Shown here in pieces: positions 40,750 through 51,810 of a stretch of 64,000 nucleotides of DNA. Made by a program: the position numbers and the translations under genes. Within the stretch, counting starts at the first letter, position 1, and each line of letters begins with the position of its first letter. Location of the stretch: contig CAZTOZ010000018.1 in the NCBI GenBank assembly GCA_964614535.1, forward strand, positions 15,393 to 79,392, read 5' to 3'. The notes below the pieces were generated by a model, which was given only the letters and a program-made list of their open reading frames with translations, had not been told where the DNA came from and did not search any database. The DNA comes from an uncultured Thiotrichales bacterium (lineage in GTDB: Bacteria; Pseudomonadota; Gammaproteobacteria; UWMA-0217).

Positions 40750-42053
40750 CTGCCGGCCTCTTCCGCCCGCAGCCCCGGCAGCCGGTATTCGACGAACGAT
40801 TCGTTGCGCAGGCGCCGCAACCAGAGCTCCAGCGCCTCCTCCTGCTTCTGTTTGACGAGGAAGGCGCGGGCGCGCTGGCGCAGCACATCTTCCTGAATCG
40901 GCGCGATCCGCCGCTCCTGCAGCTGGACGATGTGCCAGCCGAACTTCGACTGGAACGGCTGGCTGATTTCACCCGGCTCGAGCATCGCCAGCGTCTTCTC
41001 GAACGCCGGAACATAGGTACCGGGAATGGCCCAGCCCAGATCCCCCCCCTGTTTGGCGCTGCCCTCGTCGTCGGAATACTGTTTGGCGAGTTTGGCGAAA
41101 TCCTCACCACGTTCGATTCGCGCGCGCAGCGTCGCCAGCGTCTCGCGTGCCTTGGCGTCGGTCATCACATCGTTGGTGGTGATGAGAATGTGGCGCGCGC
41201 GACTCTGCTCGACCTTGGGCGTGGCGGCGTCGCTCTCGACCGCCTCCACCTTGATGATGTGGAAGCCGCTGGGACTGTGGATCACCGGGCTGACCTGCCC
41301 GGCCTTCATCTTGCGAACCGTATCGGCGAACAACGTCGGCAGCTCGTCACCGGCGCGCCAGCCCAGATCGCCCCCCTTGAGCGCATTGCTACCGTTGGAG
41401 AACGACGCCGCCAGGCGGGCGAAGTCCCCCCCCTCGACGGCCCGCTGGCGAATCTTCTCCGCCTTGGCACGCGCCTTTTCGAGCTGTTGCGGCGATGCCG
41501 CCTCCGGCACCGCGATCAGGATGTGCCGCAGCCGGTAGCGCTTGTTGGCGCCCTGCTGGGCCTTGTTGGTGGCGAGCAGGTCGTCGATCTCCCGGTCGCT
41601 GACGTTCACCTGCCCACCGCGCACCCGTTTGTGCAGTTGCGAGATGATCAATTCGCGGCGGATCTTTTCACGGAAGGCATCGAAGTCCAGCCCCTCGGCC
41701 TGCAACGCCCGCCGGAAACGCGGCAGATCCATCTTGTTCTCCGCGGCGATGCGGCGAATGGCCTGATCGAGCTGGGTGTCGTCCACCCGGATGCCCATGC
41801 GCTTGGCACGCTGGACCTGGAGACTCTCGAGGATCATCGCGTCGAGCACCTGCTTGAGCAGCAGCTTGCGTTCCGGCGCCCCGCCCTCCGCCCCGGACAG
41901 CTCGCCGGCGACGATCTTCATCTGCATCTCCAGCTCACTGCGGGGGATGGCCTCCTTGCCCGCCACCGCCACCACCTCGTCCACCCACTGCACCGCCATG
42001 GCGCCCAGCGGCAGCATCAGCCATGCCAGTGCCACCCAGATTCTATTCATCAT
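40746..42053 (-). CDS. surA: Chaperone/peptidyl-prolyl isomerase SurA
   Basis: A signal peptide and two parvulin PPIase domains are present (GGDLGW twice). 435 aa. Confidence 0.9.
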   Translation of the reverse strand: MMNRIWVALAWLMLPLGAMAVQWVDEVVAVAGKEAIPRSELEMQMKIVAGELSGAEGGAPERKLLLKQVLDAMILESLQVQRAKRMGIRVDDTQLDQAIRRIAAENKMDLPRFRRALQAEGLDFDAFREKIRRELIISQLHKRVRGGQVNVSDREIDDLLATNKAQQGANKRYRLRHILIAVPEAASPQQLEKARAKAEKIRQRAVEGGDFARLAASFSNGSNALKGGDLGWRAGDELPTLFADTVRKMKAGQVSPVIHSPSGFHIIKVEAVESDAATPKVEQSRARHILITTNDVMTDAKARETLATLRARIERGEDFAKLAKQYSDDEGSAKQGGDLGWAIPGTYVPAFEKTLAMLEPGEISQPFQSKFGWHIVQLQERRIAPIQEDVLRQRARAFLVKQKQEEALELWLRRLRNESFVEYRLPGLRAEEAGS

Positions 42054-44253
42054 TGATTTGGTATCCCGAAATACTCTGCTCGATCAGGCTGCTTCCCGTC
42101 CCGAAGGAGGCCAGCCCCTTGAGAACCAGTTGCAGATAGAAGCCGTTATTATATTCCTCCTGCTCGTCGAGGATATAGCGGCGCGACATCAGCCGTGCCT
42201 TCCAGCAACAACTCTCGTACTCCAGCCCCGCAATCACCTCCAGATCGAGGTCGCGGGTGTGGGAGTAGAGCCAGCGCCCCAGAAACCGCCAGTTGCGATT
42301 GAGCGGCCAGGCCCAGGAGATCGCAGTCTGGTTGACGTCGTCAGCGCGACGAAAACGATGTTCGATGTTGGCGACACGATTCCCCTCCCCCCGATAACCC
42401 AGATTCGCCGTCGCCACCTCGGCTTGGTTCAGCCGGCTGTCGCTGACCAGATGGCCGCTGACCACCCAGTGCCTCCAGGGCGCGCCGGTCAGCTCGATCA
42501 GGTAGTTGGAGCGCGACGCCGTCTGCGGCGATTCGCCCGGCAGTACCACCCGCCGATCCGCGAAATAGTGGATCTGGCCGACGCTGGCCCGCAGCAGTTC
42601 CCGGCCGCTGGCGTTGTCGAACATGCGGCTGGTCAGCGCCGTGGTGAGCTGGTTGGCGTCACCGATGCGATCCAGCCCGCTGAAGCGGTTGCCACGGAAC
42701 AGGCTGGAGAAGATGAAGGCCGGCTCATTGCTGTCGAACACCGGAATATCGCTCTGATCGCGATAGGGGGCGTAGAGATAGAACAGCCTCGGCTCCAGCG
42801 TCAGCGTCTTGTCGCCGGCGATGCCACGCTCGAAGATGAGCCCACTGTCCAGCGACGCCACCGGCAACTCCCGCTCGATGGTTCGCGCCGGCTCGTCGGC
42901 AAAGGCGTCGATGTCGTACCAGGTATAGCGCCACGACAGCATCGGGCGGGCGAAGACCCCCGGCGTGGCCCAATGGTAGGCGAGCGCTGGCGCCACGTCG
43001 AAGCGGCGCCCCTCCACCGCGTGGCGGTGGGCGAAACGGGTGATGTCAGTGGTCACGCTGAGCCGCAGACGCTCGTCGAACAGCGGCAACACCCCGTCCG
43101 CCGTCACCTGCGGCAGCCGCTTGTAGGGACGCTCGGCCAGCGGAATCGTCGGGTCGATGGTCTGATAGACCTGATGGCGGATCACCCCACGCCAGTGCCG
43201 CGACTGATAGAGCAGATCGGCATAACGCGCCAGGTGCGTCAGGCTGGTGCTGTCGAGTCCGCTGGAGAAGTCGGTGAGATAGTCGTCATCCGAGACCACC
43301 GATCCGGCCAGCTTCAGATTCCAGTGACGCGACAGGCGGCTCTCGTGATGCAGCGCATAGCGATAGCGCGCCTCGCCGGTGAGCCGGTCGTCGTCCAGAT
43401 ACTCCAGATTGAGGCGGCTTCGGGTATTGCGGCCGAGATAGCGGAACTCGTCCTCCAGCATTACGCCACGCTTCTCCATGAAACGTGGCGTGATGGTCAT
43501 GTCGTAGTTGGGCGCCATGTTCCAATAGAACGGCTGCGACAGTTGCACCCCCGACTGGTCCGACGAACCGAGCACTGGGTAGAGCAGGCCGCTGCGGCGC
43601 TTGTCGTCGATGGGAAAGCTGATCCACGGCAGATAGACCAGCGGCACCCCCATGAAACGCAGGGTCGCGCGCTGCGCCGTGCCCTGGCCGCTGTCGCGGT
43701 CGAGGTGGATCTTGCGGGCCTCGATCACCCAGTCCGGGTCATCGGCCTCGCAGCTGCTGTAGCTCGCCTGGCGCAAGGTGAGCGACGATTCGCCGGTCAC
43801 CACCCGGGTGGCGCGACCGAAGGCGTGGCGCTCCGGCAACGCATAGGACACGTCGTCGAACACCCCACTGCGGTCCGCCTCGGAGAGCACTGCCGAGTCG
43901 CTGCGGATCAGCAGCCCGTCGGTGCGCAGTTCGATATTCCCGGCGGCCTCGAAACGACGTGGCGCCTCCAGCACCCGCACCCGGTCCGCGCGCAGCAGCT
44001 TCCCCTGCCCCCGCAGCTCCACGGCGCCATCGAACAGCAACGCATCGCGACCGCTGCTGCTGAGCGATTCGGCACTGACGCGAATCGCCTCCCCGCTGGC
44101 GAGGGCGGCGTCGAAACCGGCCGCGATCGACGCATCGTGGGTGGCACAATAGCTCCAGTCCGGCGCGGCGGTCACCGGCCACGGCATTGCCACCGCCGCC
44201 AGCAGCGACCAAAGCCGGAAAATGTAACAATGGCGGTGACAATTCAATGACAT
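42043..44253 (-). CDS. lptD: LPS-assembly outer membrane protein LptD
   Basis: 736 aa. A signal peptide, an N-terminal OstA-like domain and a large beta-barrel are present. Located upstream of surA. Confidence 0.9.
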   Translation of the reverse strand: MSLNCHRHCYIFRLWSLLAAVAMPWPVTAAPDWSYCATHDASIAAGFDAALASGEAIRVSAESLSSSGRDALLFDGAVELRGQGKLLRADRVRVLEAPRRFEAAGNIELRTDGLLIRSDSAVLSEADRSGVFDDVSYALPERHAFGRATRVVTGESSLTLRQASYSSCEADDPDWVIEARKIHLDRDSGQGTAQRATLRFMGVPLVYLPWISFPIDDKRRSGLLYPVLGSSDQSGVQLSQPFYWNMAPNYDMTITPRFMEKRGVMLEDEFRYLGRNTRSRLNLEYLDDDRLTGEARYRYALHHESRLSRHWNLKLAGSVVSDDDYLTDFSSGLDSTSLTHLARYADLLYQSRHWRGVIRHQVYQTIDPTIPLAERPYKRLPQVTADGVLPLFDERLRLSVTTDITRFAHRHAVEGRRFDVAPALAYHWATPGVFARPMLSWRYTWYDIDAFADEPARTIERELPVASLDSGLIFERGIAGDKTLTLEPRLFYLYAPYRDQSDIPVFDSNEPAFIFSSLFRGNRFSGLDRIGDANQLTTALTSRMFDNASGRELLRASVGQIHYFADRRVVLPGESPQTASRSNYLIELTGAPWRHWVVSGHLVSDSRLNQAEVATANLGYRGEGNRVANIEHRFRRADDVNQTAISWAWPLNRNWRFLGRWLYSHTRDLDLEVIAGLEYESCCWKARLMSRRYILDEQEEYNNGFYLQLVLKGLASFGTGSSLIEQSISGYQINDE

Positions 44254-44462
44254 AGGGGAGCGGCCGGGGGGACGCGAAACTTATACGCGAAGGGCCGGCA
44301 GCGGGCAAGGGGGTGGCCGGGCCACGCGCGCCCGCGAACGCGACACGCCAGCGGGCATTGTCGTTGCCGGCCCATGCGGTAGACTGGCGGTTTTGCCCAC
44401 CCGACCACAGCGATGGCAACCACCGAGCCGGCCCCGGATCACAAACAGAACCTCCGCTGAAG

Positions 44463-46298
44463 ATGGGCCACCGACGCATCGACATCAAGGACATCCCGCT
44501 GGAGCAGGCGCTGTTCGGCTCGCGCTTGCTGGCGCTGCTGTTCATCGTCCTGCTGCTGACCGGGATGCTGGTGTGGCGGATGATCAACCTGCAGGTCATC
44601 GACAGCAGCCGCTATCAGGCATTGGCCCAGAACAACCGGGTGCGCGTCTCGCCATTGCCGCCGACGCGCGGCCTGATCTACGACCGCAACCATACGATCA
44701 TCGCCGAGAACCTGCCGTCGTTCAGCCTGGAGATCACCCCGGCGCTGACCGGCGATCTGGGCAACACGCTCGAACGACTGAAGCGGATCCTCGACATCGA
44801 CGAGGAAGACATCCAGAAGTTCCACGCCCTGCGCCGCGCCCGGTCGAGCCACGCCAGCACGCCGCTGCTGGTGGGCATGAGCGAAACCCAGGTGGCCCGT
44901 TTTCACGTCAACCGGCGCGACTTCCCCGGCGTGGCGGTGCAGGCCCGAACCCGCCGCCACTACCCCCACGGCGATACCTTCGCCCATGTGCTGGGCCACG
45001 TCGGCCGGATCAACGCCCGCGACATCGAGCGGGTCGACACGGCCAACTATCGCGGCACCGCGCGGATCGGCAAGACCGGCATCGAACGCCAATACGAGGA
45101 GATCCTCCACGGCACCACCGGCTTTCGTCACGACGAGGTCAATGCCCAGGGCAAGTTCATCCGCGAGCTGTCGCGGGTACCGCCGGTCAGCGGCACCAGC
45201 CTGGTGCTGACCGTCGATCTGCAACTGCAACGCACCGCCATCGAGGCCATGGGCGACAACACCGGCGCCATCGTCGCGATCGATCCCCGCAACGGCGAGG
45301 TGCTGGCGCTGGTCAGCCTGCCCACCTTCGACCCCAACCCGTTCGTCAACGGTATCTCGCGGCGGGACTACGCCCTGCTGCGCGACAATCCACTGCGCCC
45401 GCTGTTCAACCGCGCGGTACAAGGACAATACCCGCCCGGCTCGACGATCAAGATGCTCACCGCGCTGGCGGGGCTGGAGGCCGGCACCATCACGCCACGG
45501 CAGAAGATGTACGCCACCGGCTACTACCAGATCCCCAACGATCCGCGCAAATACCGCGACTGGAACCGCGCCGGTCACGGCTGGATCGATCTGGCCGATG
45601 CCATTGCCCGCTCGTCGGACGTCTATTTCTACGATCTGGCCTACAAGACCGGCATCGACCGGCTGGCCCCGATGTTCCGCCGCTTCGGCCTCGGGAGCCG
45701 TACCGGCATTGACCTGCCCGGCGAGGCGGCGGGCCTGACACCGTCCCGGCAGTGGAAGAGGAAGCGCTACGACAAGCGCTGGTTTCCGGGCGAGACGCTG
45801 ATCTCCGCCATCGGCCAGGGGTATATGCTGGCCACCCCGGTACAGTTGGCGAAGATGACCGCCTGCATCGCCACCCGCGGGCGCTGTCCGCAACCCCACC
45901 TGCTGAAGCAACGCCTGCCCGGTGACAGCGGGACACCGCCGGCCACGGCGGCACGGATCGAACTCTCCGATCCCAAGCACTGGACGGTGATCATCGATGC
46001 GATGCGGAAGGTCATCACCGATCCCCACGGCACCGGCCGGCGCATCCGCGACGGGCTGAAGTGGCCGATCGCCGGCAAGACCGGCACGTCGCAGGTCTTC
46101 GGTCTCAAGGAGGACGAAGACTACGATGCCGAAACGCTGGAGCGCCACCTGCGCGATCACGCCCTCTTCGTCGGCTACGCGCCGGTGGAGGATCCGCGTA
46201 TCGCGGTCGCCGTGATCGTCGAGCACGGCGGTCACGGCGGCGTCACCGCGGCGCCGATCGGGCGCAGGATCATCGACGACTGGATGGCACGCCAATGA
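44463..46298 (+). CDS. mrdA: Penicillin-binding protein 2 (elongasome transpeptidase)
   Basis: ATG at 44463. An N-terminal TM segment and dimerization domain are followed by a transpeptidase domain with the motifs STIK, SSD and KTG. Confidence 0.9.
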   Translation: MGHRRIDIKDIPLEQALFGSRLLALLFIVLLLTGMLVWRMINLQVIDSSRYQALAQNNRVRVSPLPPTRGLIYDRNHTIIAENLPSFSLEITPALTGDLGNTLERLKRILDIDEEDIQKFHALRRARSSHASTPLLVGMSETQVARFHVNRRDFPGVAVQARTRRHYPHGDTFAHVLGHVGRINARDIERVDTANYRGTARIGKTGIERQYEEILHGTTGFRHDEVNAQGKFIRELSRVPPVSGTSLVLTVDLQLQRTAIEAMGDNTGAIVAIDPRNGEVLALVSLPTFDPNPFVNGISRRDYALLRDNPLRPLFNRAVQGQYPPGSTIKMLTALAGLEAGTITPRQKMYATGYYQIPNDPRKYRDWNRAGHGWIDLADAIARSSDVYFYDLAYKTGIDRLAPMFRRFGLGSRTGIDLPGEAAGLTPSRQWKRKRYDKRWFPGETLISAIGQGYMLATPVQLAKMTACIATRGRCPQPHLLKQRLPGDSGTPPATAARIELSDPKHWTVIIDAMRKVITDPHGTGRRIRDGLKWPIAGKTGTSQVFGLKEDEDYDAETLERHLRDHALFVGYAPVEDPRIAVAVIVEHGGHGGVTAAPIGRRIIDDWMARQ

Positions 46299-47413
46299 TC
46301 GATCCCAACCCTCCCCATCGCGGCCTGCTGCAGACGGTGTTCGACCGCCTCAACCTCGATCCGGTGCTGTTCGCCGCCATCGTCGGGCTGGGCGCCGTCG
46401 GGCTGCTGGTGCTCTACAGCGCCTCGGGGGGAAACCTCGACGTGGTCACGCGGCAGGGCATCCGGCTGGGGCTGGCGCTGCTGGTGATGATGGCGGTGGC
46501 AATGGTGCCACCACAGCTGCTCTACCAGTGGACGCCTTTCGTCTATGTGGTGGTCGTCGTGATGCTGCTGCTGGTGCCGCTGACCGGCAGTACCGGCAAG
46601 GGCGCGACCCGCTGGCTCGACATCGGCATCGTGCGCTTTCAGCCGGCGGAGCTGATGAAGATCGCCATGCCGATGATGATCGCCTTCTACTTCGCCGAGC
46701 GCCGGCTGCGGCCACGTTTTCGTGAACTGATGGTGGCGCTGGCGCTGGTGCTGGTGCCCACGTTCGTCATCTTCATCCAACCTGACCTCGGCACCGCGCT
46801 GCTGATCGCCACCGCCGGGCTGACGGTCATCTTCCTCGCCGGCATCCCGTGGCGGACCGTGATGCTGACGATGCTCGGTGGCATCGCCGCGTTGCCGGTG
46901 CTGTGGCATTTCATGAAGCCCTACCAGCGGCGGCGCGTCGATACCTTCCTCCACCCCGAAAACGATCCGCTCGGCGCCGGGTACCACATCATCCAGTCGA
47001 AAATCGCCCTTGGCGCCGGCGGCCTCTCCGGACGTGGCTGGCTCAACGGCTCGCAGACCCAGCTCGATTTCCTGCCGGAACAGACCACCGATTTCATCTT
47101 CTCGGTCTTTGGCGAGGAGTTCGGGCTCTGGGGCGTGCTGCTGCTGTTCACGCTCTATCTGCTGATCGTGCTGCGCGGATTCTTCATCGCCTGGCACGCG
47201 CAGGACACCTATACGCGGCTGCTGGCGGCGAGCATCACGATGATTTTCTTCACCTATTTCTTCGTCAACGTGGGCATGGTCTCCGGCCTGCTGCCGGTGG
47301 TGGGGGTGCCGCTGCCCCTGATCAGCTATGGCGGATCGTCGATGGTGACGATCATGGTGGGCTTCGGTATCCTCATGGCCATCCATAGCGAAAAAAGACT
47401 ACTGTCGAAATGA
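46295..47413 (+). CDS. mrdB: Peptidoglycan glycosyltransferase RodA (SEDS family)
   Basis: Start overlaps the mrdA stop (ATGA). A polytopic membrane protein with the SEDS C-terminus (ISYGGSSM). Confidence 0.9.
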   Translation: MIDPNPPHRGLLQTVFDRLNLDPVLFAAIVGLGAVGLLVLYSASGGNLDVVTRQGIRLGLALLVMMAVAMVPPQLLYQWTPFVYVVVVVMLLLVPLTGSTGKGATRWLDIGIVRFQPAELMKIAMPMMIAFYFAERRLRPRFRELMVALALVLVPTFVIFIQPDLGTALLIATAGLTVIFLAGIPWRTVMLTMLGGIAALPVLWHFMKPYQRRRVDTFLHPENDPLGAGYHIIQSKIALGAGGLSGRGWLNGSQTQLDFLPEQTTDFIFSVFGEEFGLWGVLLLFTLYLLIVLRGFFIAWHAQDTYTRLLAASITMIFFTYFFVNVGMVSGLLPVVGVPLPLISYGGSSMVTIMVGFGILMAIHSEKRLLSK

Positions 47414-48414
47414 CCCTGCCGCGGCTGCTTCGGGCCACCCTGCTCCTCACCACACTCCTCCCCACCGGCAACGCGGGCATCATCCAGCGCGGTGACTATC
47501 TGCAACGGGACGACGTCCGTGCCTTCATCGACGACATGGCCCGCAGACACGCGCTGCCGGCCGAGCGGATCGAGTCGATCCTGGCCCAGGCCAGCCGCCA
47601 GGAGCGCGTGCTGGAGCTGATCTCGAAACCGGCCGAGAGCAAGCCGTGGCGTGACTACCGCCCCATCTTCGTCAACGACAGACGCATCCGCGCGGGCGTG
47701 CGCTTCTGGGAGGAGAACGAGCAACTGCTGGAGAACGCCGAGATCCGCTACGGCGTGCCACCGCAGATCATCACCGCCATCATCGGCGTGGAAACCTTCT
47801 ATGGAACCCGGATGGGCCGTTTTCCGGTGCTCGACTCACTGGCGACACTGGGTTTCGACTATCCGCCCCGTGCCCGTTTCTTCAGCAAGGAACTGGAGCA
47901 GTTCATCCTGTTCACGCTGGAGGAGCAGATGGATCCCTTCTCCCTGCGGGGCTCCTATGCCGGGGCCATGGGGATGGGGCAGTTCATGCCCAGCTCCTAT
48001 CGTCAGTACGCGGTGGACTTCGACCACGATGGCCGGCGCGATCTGTTCGACAACAACGCCGACGCCATCGGCTCCGTGGCCAACTATTTCGCCCGCCACC
48101 AGTGGCACCAGGGGGGGCGAATCGCCACCCGCGCCCGCGTCCAGGGCAAGCGCTACAAGCGTCTGAAGGCCAACGAGCGCACGCCGCGCTACACGGTGGG
48201 CGCATTGAAAAAGGCCGGGGTGACGCCATCGACGCCGCTGCCCGACGGCGAAAAGGTCAGTTTCCTCGCGCTCGAGGGCAAGGGAGGCAGAGAGTTCTGG
48301 CTTGGCCACCACAATTTTTTTGTCATCACGCAGTACAACCATAGCGTAAAATACGCGCTGGCCGTTTATGAACTCAGCGAAGCCATCAAAGCCCGGCGCG
48401 AAGCCGGTCGCTGA
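47410..48414 (+). CDS. mltB: Lytic murein transglycosylase B
   Basis: The MltB/Slt35 fold is indicated (GVPPQIITAIIGVETFYG...). 334 aa. Confidence 0.85.
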   Translation: MTLPRLLRATLLLTTLLPTGNAGIIQRGDYLQRDDVRAFIDDMARRHALPAERIESILAQASRQERVLELISKPAESKPWRDYRPIFVNDRRIRAGVRFWEENEQLLENAEIRYGVPPQIITAIIGVETFYGTRMGRFPVLDSLATLGFDYPPRARFFSKELEQFILFTLEEQMDPFSLRGSYAGAMGMGQFMPSSYRQYAVDFDHDGRRDLFDNNADAIGSVANYFARHQWHQGGRIATRARVQGKRYKRLKANERTPRYTVGALKKAGVTPSTPLPDGEKVSFLALEGKGGREFWLGHHNFFVITQYNHSVKYALAVYELSEAIKARREAGR

Positions 48415-48439
48415 GCAACCCATTGGATGACCATCGACC

Positions 48440-49426
48440 ATGAGCAGATTCACGACCCCAGCCCTGTTGATCCTCTCCCTGATTCTGAGCGCCTGCGGCA
48501 CCGCGCCCAAGCAGAAGGTGATTCCGGTCGGCGACCTCGACCTGGACGCGATCCCCGATGCCACGCCCAAGGCCGAACCACTGAGCCGCTACGGCAACCC
48601 CGAGTCCTACGAGGAGGGCGGCCAGCACTACTGGATCATCCCCAATCCCAAGGGCTATGTGGAACGCGGGCTCGCCTCCTGGTATGGCCCGGACTTTCAC
48701 GGCAAACGCACCTCCAGCGGCGAGACCTACGACATGTACAAGATGACGGCGGCGCACAAGACCCTGCCGCTGCCCACCTACGTCAGGGTGACCAATCTGG
48801 AGAACGGCCGCAGCGTGGTGGTCAAGGTCAACGATCGCGGCCCGTTCAAGAAGGGCCGCATCATCGATCTCTCCTACGTCGCCGCCGCCAAGCTGGGGAT
48901 CACCGACAACGGTACCGCCACCGTCGAGATCCATGTCCTCGATACCGGCGTGCCCACCGCCGCTGAATCGTCGGGGGACAGCGAGGTCGTCACCAGCGGC
49001 ATCGCCGCGCCGGCGCCGCTGCCCGTAGAGAAACTGCCCGCCCCCGCCACACCGGTGCCCGCAGGCGCCGGCAGTGGCCTGTCAGCGGCGGAAGCCGAGC
49101 TGCCCGCGCCCGGCGAGGCCAACACGCAGGCACCACAGCCCGCCCCGACACCGGCCGGGCCCGAAACAACGGCAGCCGGCGCCGACGACAGCCACGGTTA
49201 CTTCATCCAGGTGGGCGCCTTCTCCAACCGACAGAATGCCGAGCGGGCGAAACAGAAACTCGTCGAGGTACAGCAACACCCTGTTACAATCTCGCCGTTT
49301 CAGGGCCGCTACCAGATGTTGCAGCGGGTACAGATCGGCCCGTTCGAGTCGAAGGAGCAAGCCGCCAGGCTAAAGGACACCCTGATCGAACTCGGCTTCA
49401 CCGGCTACCGGATCATCGCCAGATAA
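48440..49426 (+). CDS. rlpA: Septal ring lytic transglycosylase RlpA (DPBB plus C-terminal SPOR domain)
   Basis: A lipoprotein signal (LSACG) is present. A DPBB region (ASWYGPDFHGKRTSSGE) is followed by a Pro/Ala-rich linker and a C-terminal SPOR domain (GYFIQVGAF). Confidence 0.85.
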   Translation: MSRFTTPALLILSLILSACGTAPKQKVIPVGDLDLDAIPDATPKAEPLSRYGNPESYEEGGQHYWIIPNPKGYVERGLASWYGPDFHGKRTSSGETYDMYKMTAAHKTLPLPTYVRVTNLENGRSVVVKVNDRGPFKKGRIIDLSYVAAAKLGITDNGTATVEIHVLDTGVPTAAESSGDSEVVTSGIAAPAPLPVEKLPAPATPVPAGAGSGLSAAEAELPAPGEANTQAPQPAPTPAGPETTAAGADDSHGYFIQVGAFSNRQNAERAKQKLVEVQQHPVTISPFQGRYQMLQRVQIGPFESKEQAARLKDTLIELGFTGYRIIAR

Positions 49427-49500
49427 CCGGGCCATTCCCCTTACATCTCTGGGTGATGCGCATACGTATCACCCGTCGTTTCATGGACAAAACGAAGATC

Positions 49501-50637
49501 ATGCAAAAATCGCTTTTCAGCCTCGCTCTCGTCTTTCTGCTGAACTGGGCCGGCACGGCGGCCGCCCTGCCGATTCCCGCGCCACCGACGCTCAACGCCA
49601 CCAGCTACATCCTGGCCGACGCCGACAGTGAACGGGTCATCGCCGAAAAAGAGGCGGATACGCCAGTGGAGCCGGCCAGCATCACCAAGATCATGACCGG
49701 CTATCTGGTGTTCCAGAGCCTGGCCGAAGGGTTGATCTCGCTCCAGGACAAGGTGCTGATCAGCGCCCGCGCGGGTCACACCGGCGGCTCCAAGATGTTC
49801 ATCGAAACCGGGTCACTGGTGCCGGTGGAGGATCTGATCAAGGGGATGATCGTACAGTCGGGCAACGACGCCACCATTGCGCTGGCCGAGCACATCGCCG
49901 GCACCGAGGAGGCCTTCGTCGATCTGATGAATGCCCAGGCGGCGGAACTGGGCATGAAACACACCCACTTCATGAACGCCACCGGGCTGCCCGACCCCAA
50001 TCACTACACCACGGCGCGGGATATCCTCAAGCTGACCCGGGCCCTGATCCGCAACTTTCCGCAGGAGTACCGCTGGTACTCGCAGAAGGAGTTCACCTGG
50101 TCCGGCATACGCCAGACCAACCGCAACAAGCTGTTGTGGCAGGACAAGCGCGTCGATGGCGTCAAAACGGGCCATACCGAATCGGCCGGCTACTGCCTGG
50201 TCGCCTCGGCGGTGGACCGCGACATGCGGCTGATCTCGGTGGTGCTGGGCACCCGCAGCGACAGCGCCCGAATCCGCCAGAGCCAGGCGTTGCTGAACTA
50301 CGGCTTCCGCTTTTTCGAGACCCGGCGCCTCTACCGACAGCACGAGAAACTCGTCGAAACCCGGATCTGGAAAGGCGCCAGCGAAACGCTGCCGCTGGGC
50401 GTCTCCCGCGACATCTACGTCACCTACCCGAAACGCCAGGGCGACGAACTCGATGCCCGCATCGACCGCCCCAAGCGGCTGGAGGCGCCGGTGAAAAAGG
50501 GTGATCCGGTCGGGAGACTCACGGTCTCGCTGGAAGGCACTATACTCAGTGAAGCGCCGCTGATCGCACTGGAAGAGGTGCCGGAAGGCGGGCTGTTCAC
50601 CCGGATCAAGGATTCCATTCTGCTGCTGTTCGAATAG
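49501..50637 (+). CDS. dacC: D-alanyl-D-alanine carboxypeptidase (PBP5/6 family)
   Basis: A signal peptide from MQKSLF is present. The active-site motifs are SITK, SGN and KTG. An alternative upstream start at 49453 is possible. Confidence 0.85.
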   Translation: MQKSLFSLALVFLLNWAGTAAALPIPAPPTLNATSYILADADSERVIAEKEADTPVEPASITKIMTGYLVFQSLAEGLISLQDKVLISARAGHTGGSKMFIETGSLVPVEDLIKGMIVQSGNDATIALAEHIAGTEEAFVDLMNAQAAELGMKHTHFMNATGLPDPNHYTTARDILKLTRALIRNFPQEYRWYSQKEFTWSGIRQTNRNKLLWQDKRVDGVKTGHTESAGYCLVASAVDRDMRLISVVLGTRSDSARIRQSQALLNYGFRFFETRRLYRQHEKLVETRIWKGASETLPLGVSRDIYVTYPKRQGDELDARIDRPKRLEAPVKKGDPVGRLTVSLEGTILSEAPLIALEEVPEGGLFTRIKDSILLLFE

Positions 50638-50701
50638 GACCACGATGACCGACGAGCGACACCAGACCCGACAACGGGCACCGGCCGGCACCGAGAGCTG
50701 C

Positions 50702-50947
50702 ATGGAGTTCCCCTGCCAATTCCCGATCAAGGCGATGGGCCGCGATGCCGAGCGGGTCGAAAAGGCGCTGCTCGACGCGGTGGAGCGTCACGCCCCGGAC
50801 ACGCCCCGCGACGAGATCACGCGCCGCGCGAGCCGCACCGGGAAATTCAGCTCGATCACCATCACCATCACCGCCGACAGCAAGGAACAGCTCGACAACA
50901 TCTACCGCGATCTGACCGACTCTGACGATGTGACCATGGCGCTCTGA
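50702..50947 (+). CDS. ybeD: YbeD/UPF0250 family protein
   Basis: The sequence [13 protein letters not shown]...ITITITA aligns to E. coli YbeD. Located in the conserved position between dacA/C and lipB. Confidence 0.7.
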   Translation: MEFPCQFPIKAMGRDAERVEKALLDAVERHAPDTPRDEITRRASRTGKFSSITITITADSKEQLDNIYRDLTDSDDVTMAL

Positions 50948-51089
50948 CGACGGCTCGACGGGTCGTCACGGCCACGTATCGCCCATGCCACCGGCGGCGG
51001 GCCACACCACACCGACACGCAACCATGCCCCCTGCCCGATGCCGGGACGACACCCCGGCAACCGCGACAGACCCGATTCGGAGAAGCCG

Positions 51090-51770
51090 ATGCCGCACCC
51101 CTACGACGATACCGCCACCGAACGAGCCGACGACCCGGCCCACCCCGGTCTCGAAGTCTGCTACCTGGGCCGGCGCGACTACGAAGCGGTATGGCGCGAC
51201 ATGCAGCGCTTCACGGCCGATCGAGACGACGACACACCCGACAACTTCTGGGCTGTCGAGCATCCGCCGATCTATACGCTGGGCCAGGCGGCCAGGCCGG
51301 AACACTTGCTCGATCCCGGCGACATTCCGGTCCTCCGGGTCGATCGTGGCGGCCAGGTGACCTACCACGGCCCCGGCCAGCTGGTGATCTACACCCTCGT
51401 GGATCTGCAGCGGCGCCGGCTCGGCGTACGCCAGCTGGTCGAAGCGCTGGAGAACGGGGTCATCGGCCTGCTCGCCCACCACGGCATCGAGGCGCGCGGC
51501 CGCCGCGACGCCCCCGGTGTCTATGTCGGCGAAGCCAAGATCGCGGCACTCGGGCTGAAGATCAGCCGCGGCCGCAGCTACCACGGGCTCGCGCTCAACG
51601 TGAATATGGATCTGGAGCCCTTCGGCCGAATCGATCCCTGTGGCCACCCGGGGCTGGCGGTGACCCGGCTGCGCGACCTGGGCATCGACATCCCCCTCTG
51701 GGAGCTGGCCGGGGAGCTGTGTGAACGGCTGCATCGGGAGATCTACCAAAACACCACCAGCAACCGGTAG
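51090..51770 (+). CDS. lipB: Octanoyltransferase LipB
   Basis: ATG at 51090. The sequence [16 protein letters not shown]...KIAALG and the catalytic Cys/Lys region match LipB. Confidence 0.85.
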   Translation: MPHPYDDTATERADDPAHPGLEVCYLGRRDYEAVWRDMQRFTADRDDDTPDNFWAVEHPPIYTLGQAARPEHLLDPGDIPVLRVDRGGQVTYHGPGQLVIYTLVDLQRRRLGVRQLVEALENGVIGLLAHHGIEARGRRDAPGVYVGEAKIAALGLKISRGRSYHGLALNVNMDLEPFGRIDPCGHPGLAVTRLRDLGIDIPLWELAGELCERLHREIYQNTTSNR

Positions 51771-51810
51771 CGAACGCTTCGGAACCCCGCCCCACGCGGA
51801 GCGGCAGCGC

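Noticed and set aside
41776-46295. Large antisense ORFs opposite lptD (41776..44250 +) and mrdA (44439..46295 -)
   Set aside because: Low-complexity composition with no motifs. The annotated strands encode conserved essential proteins.
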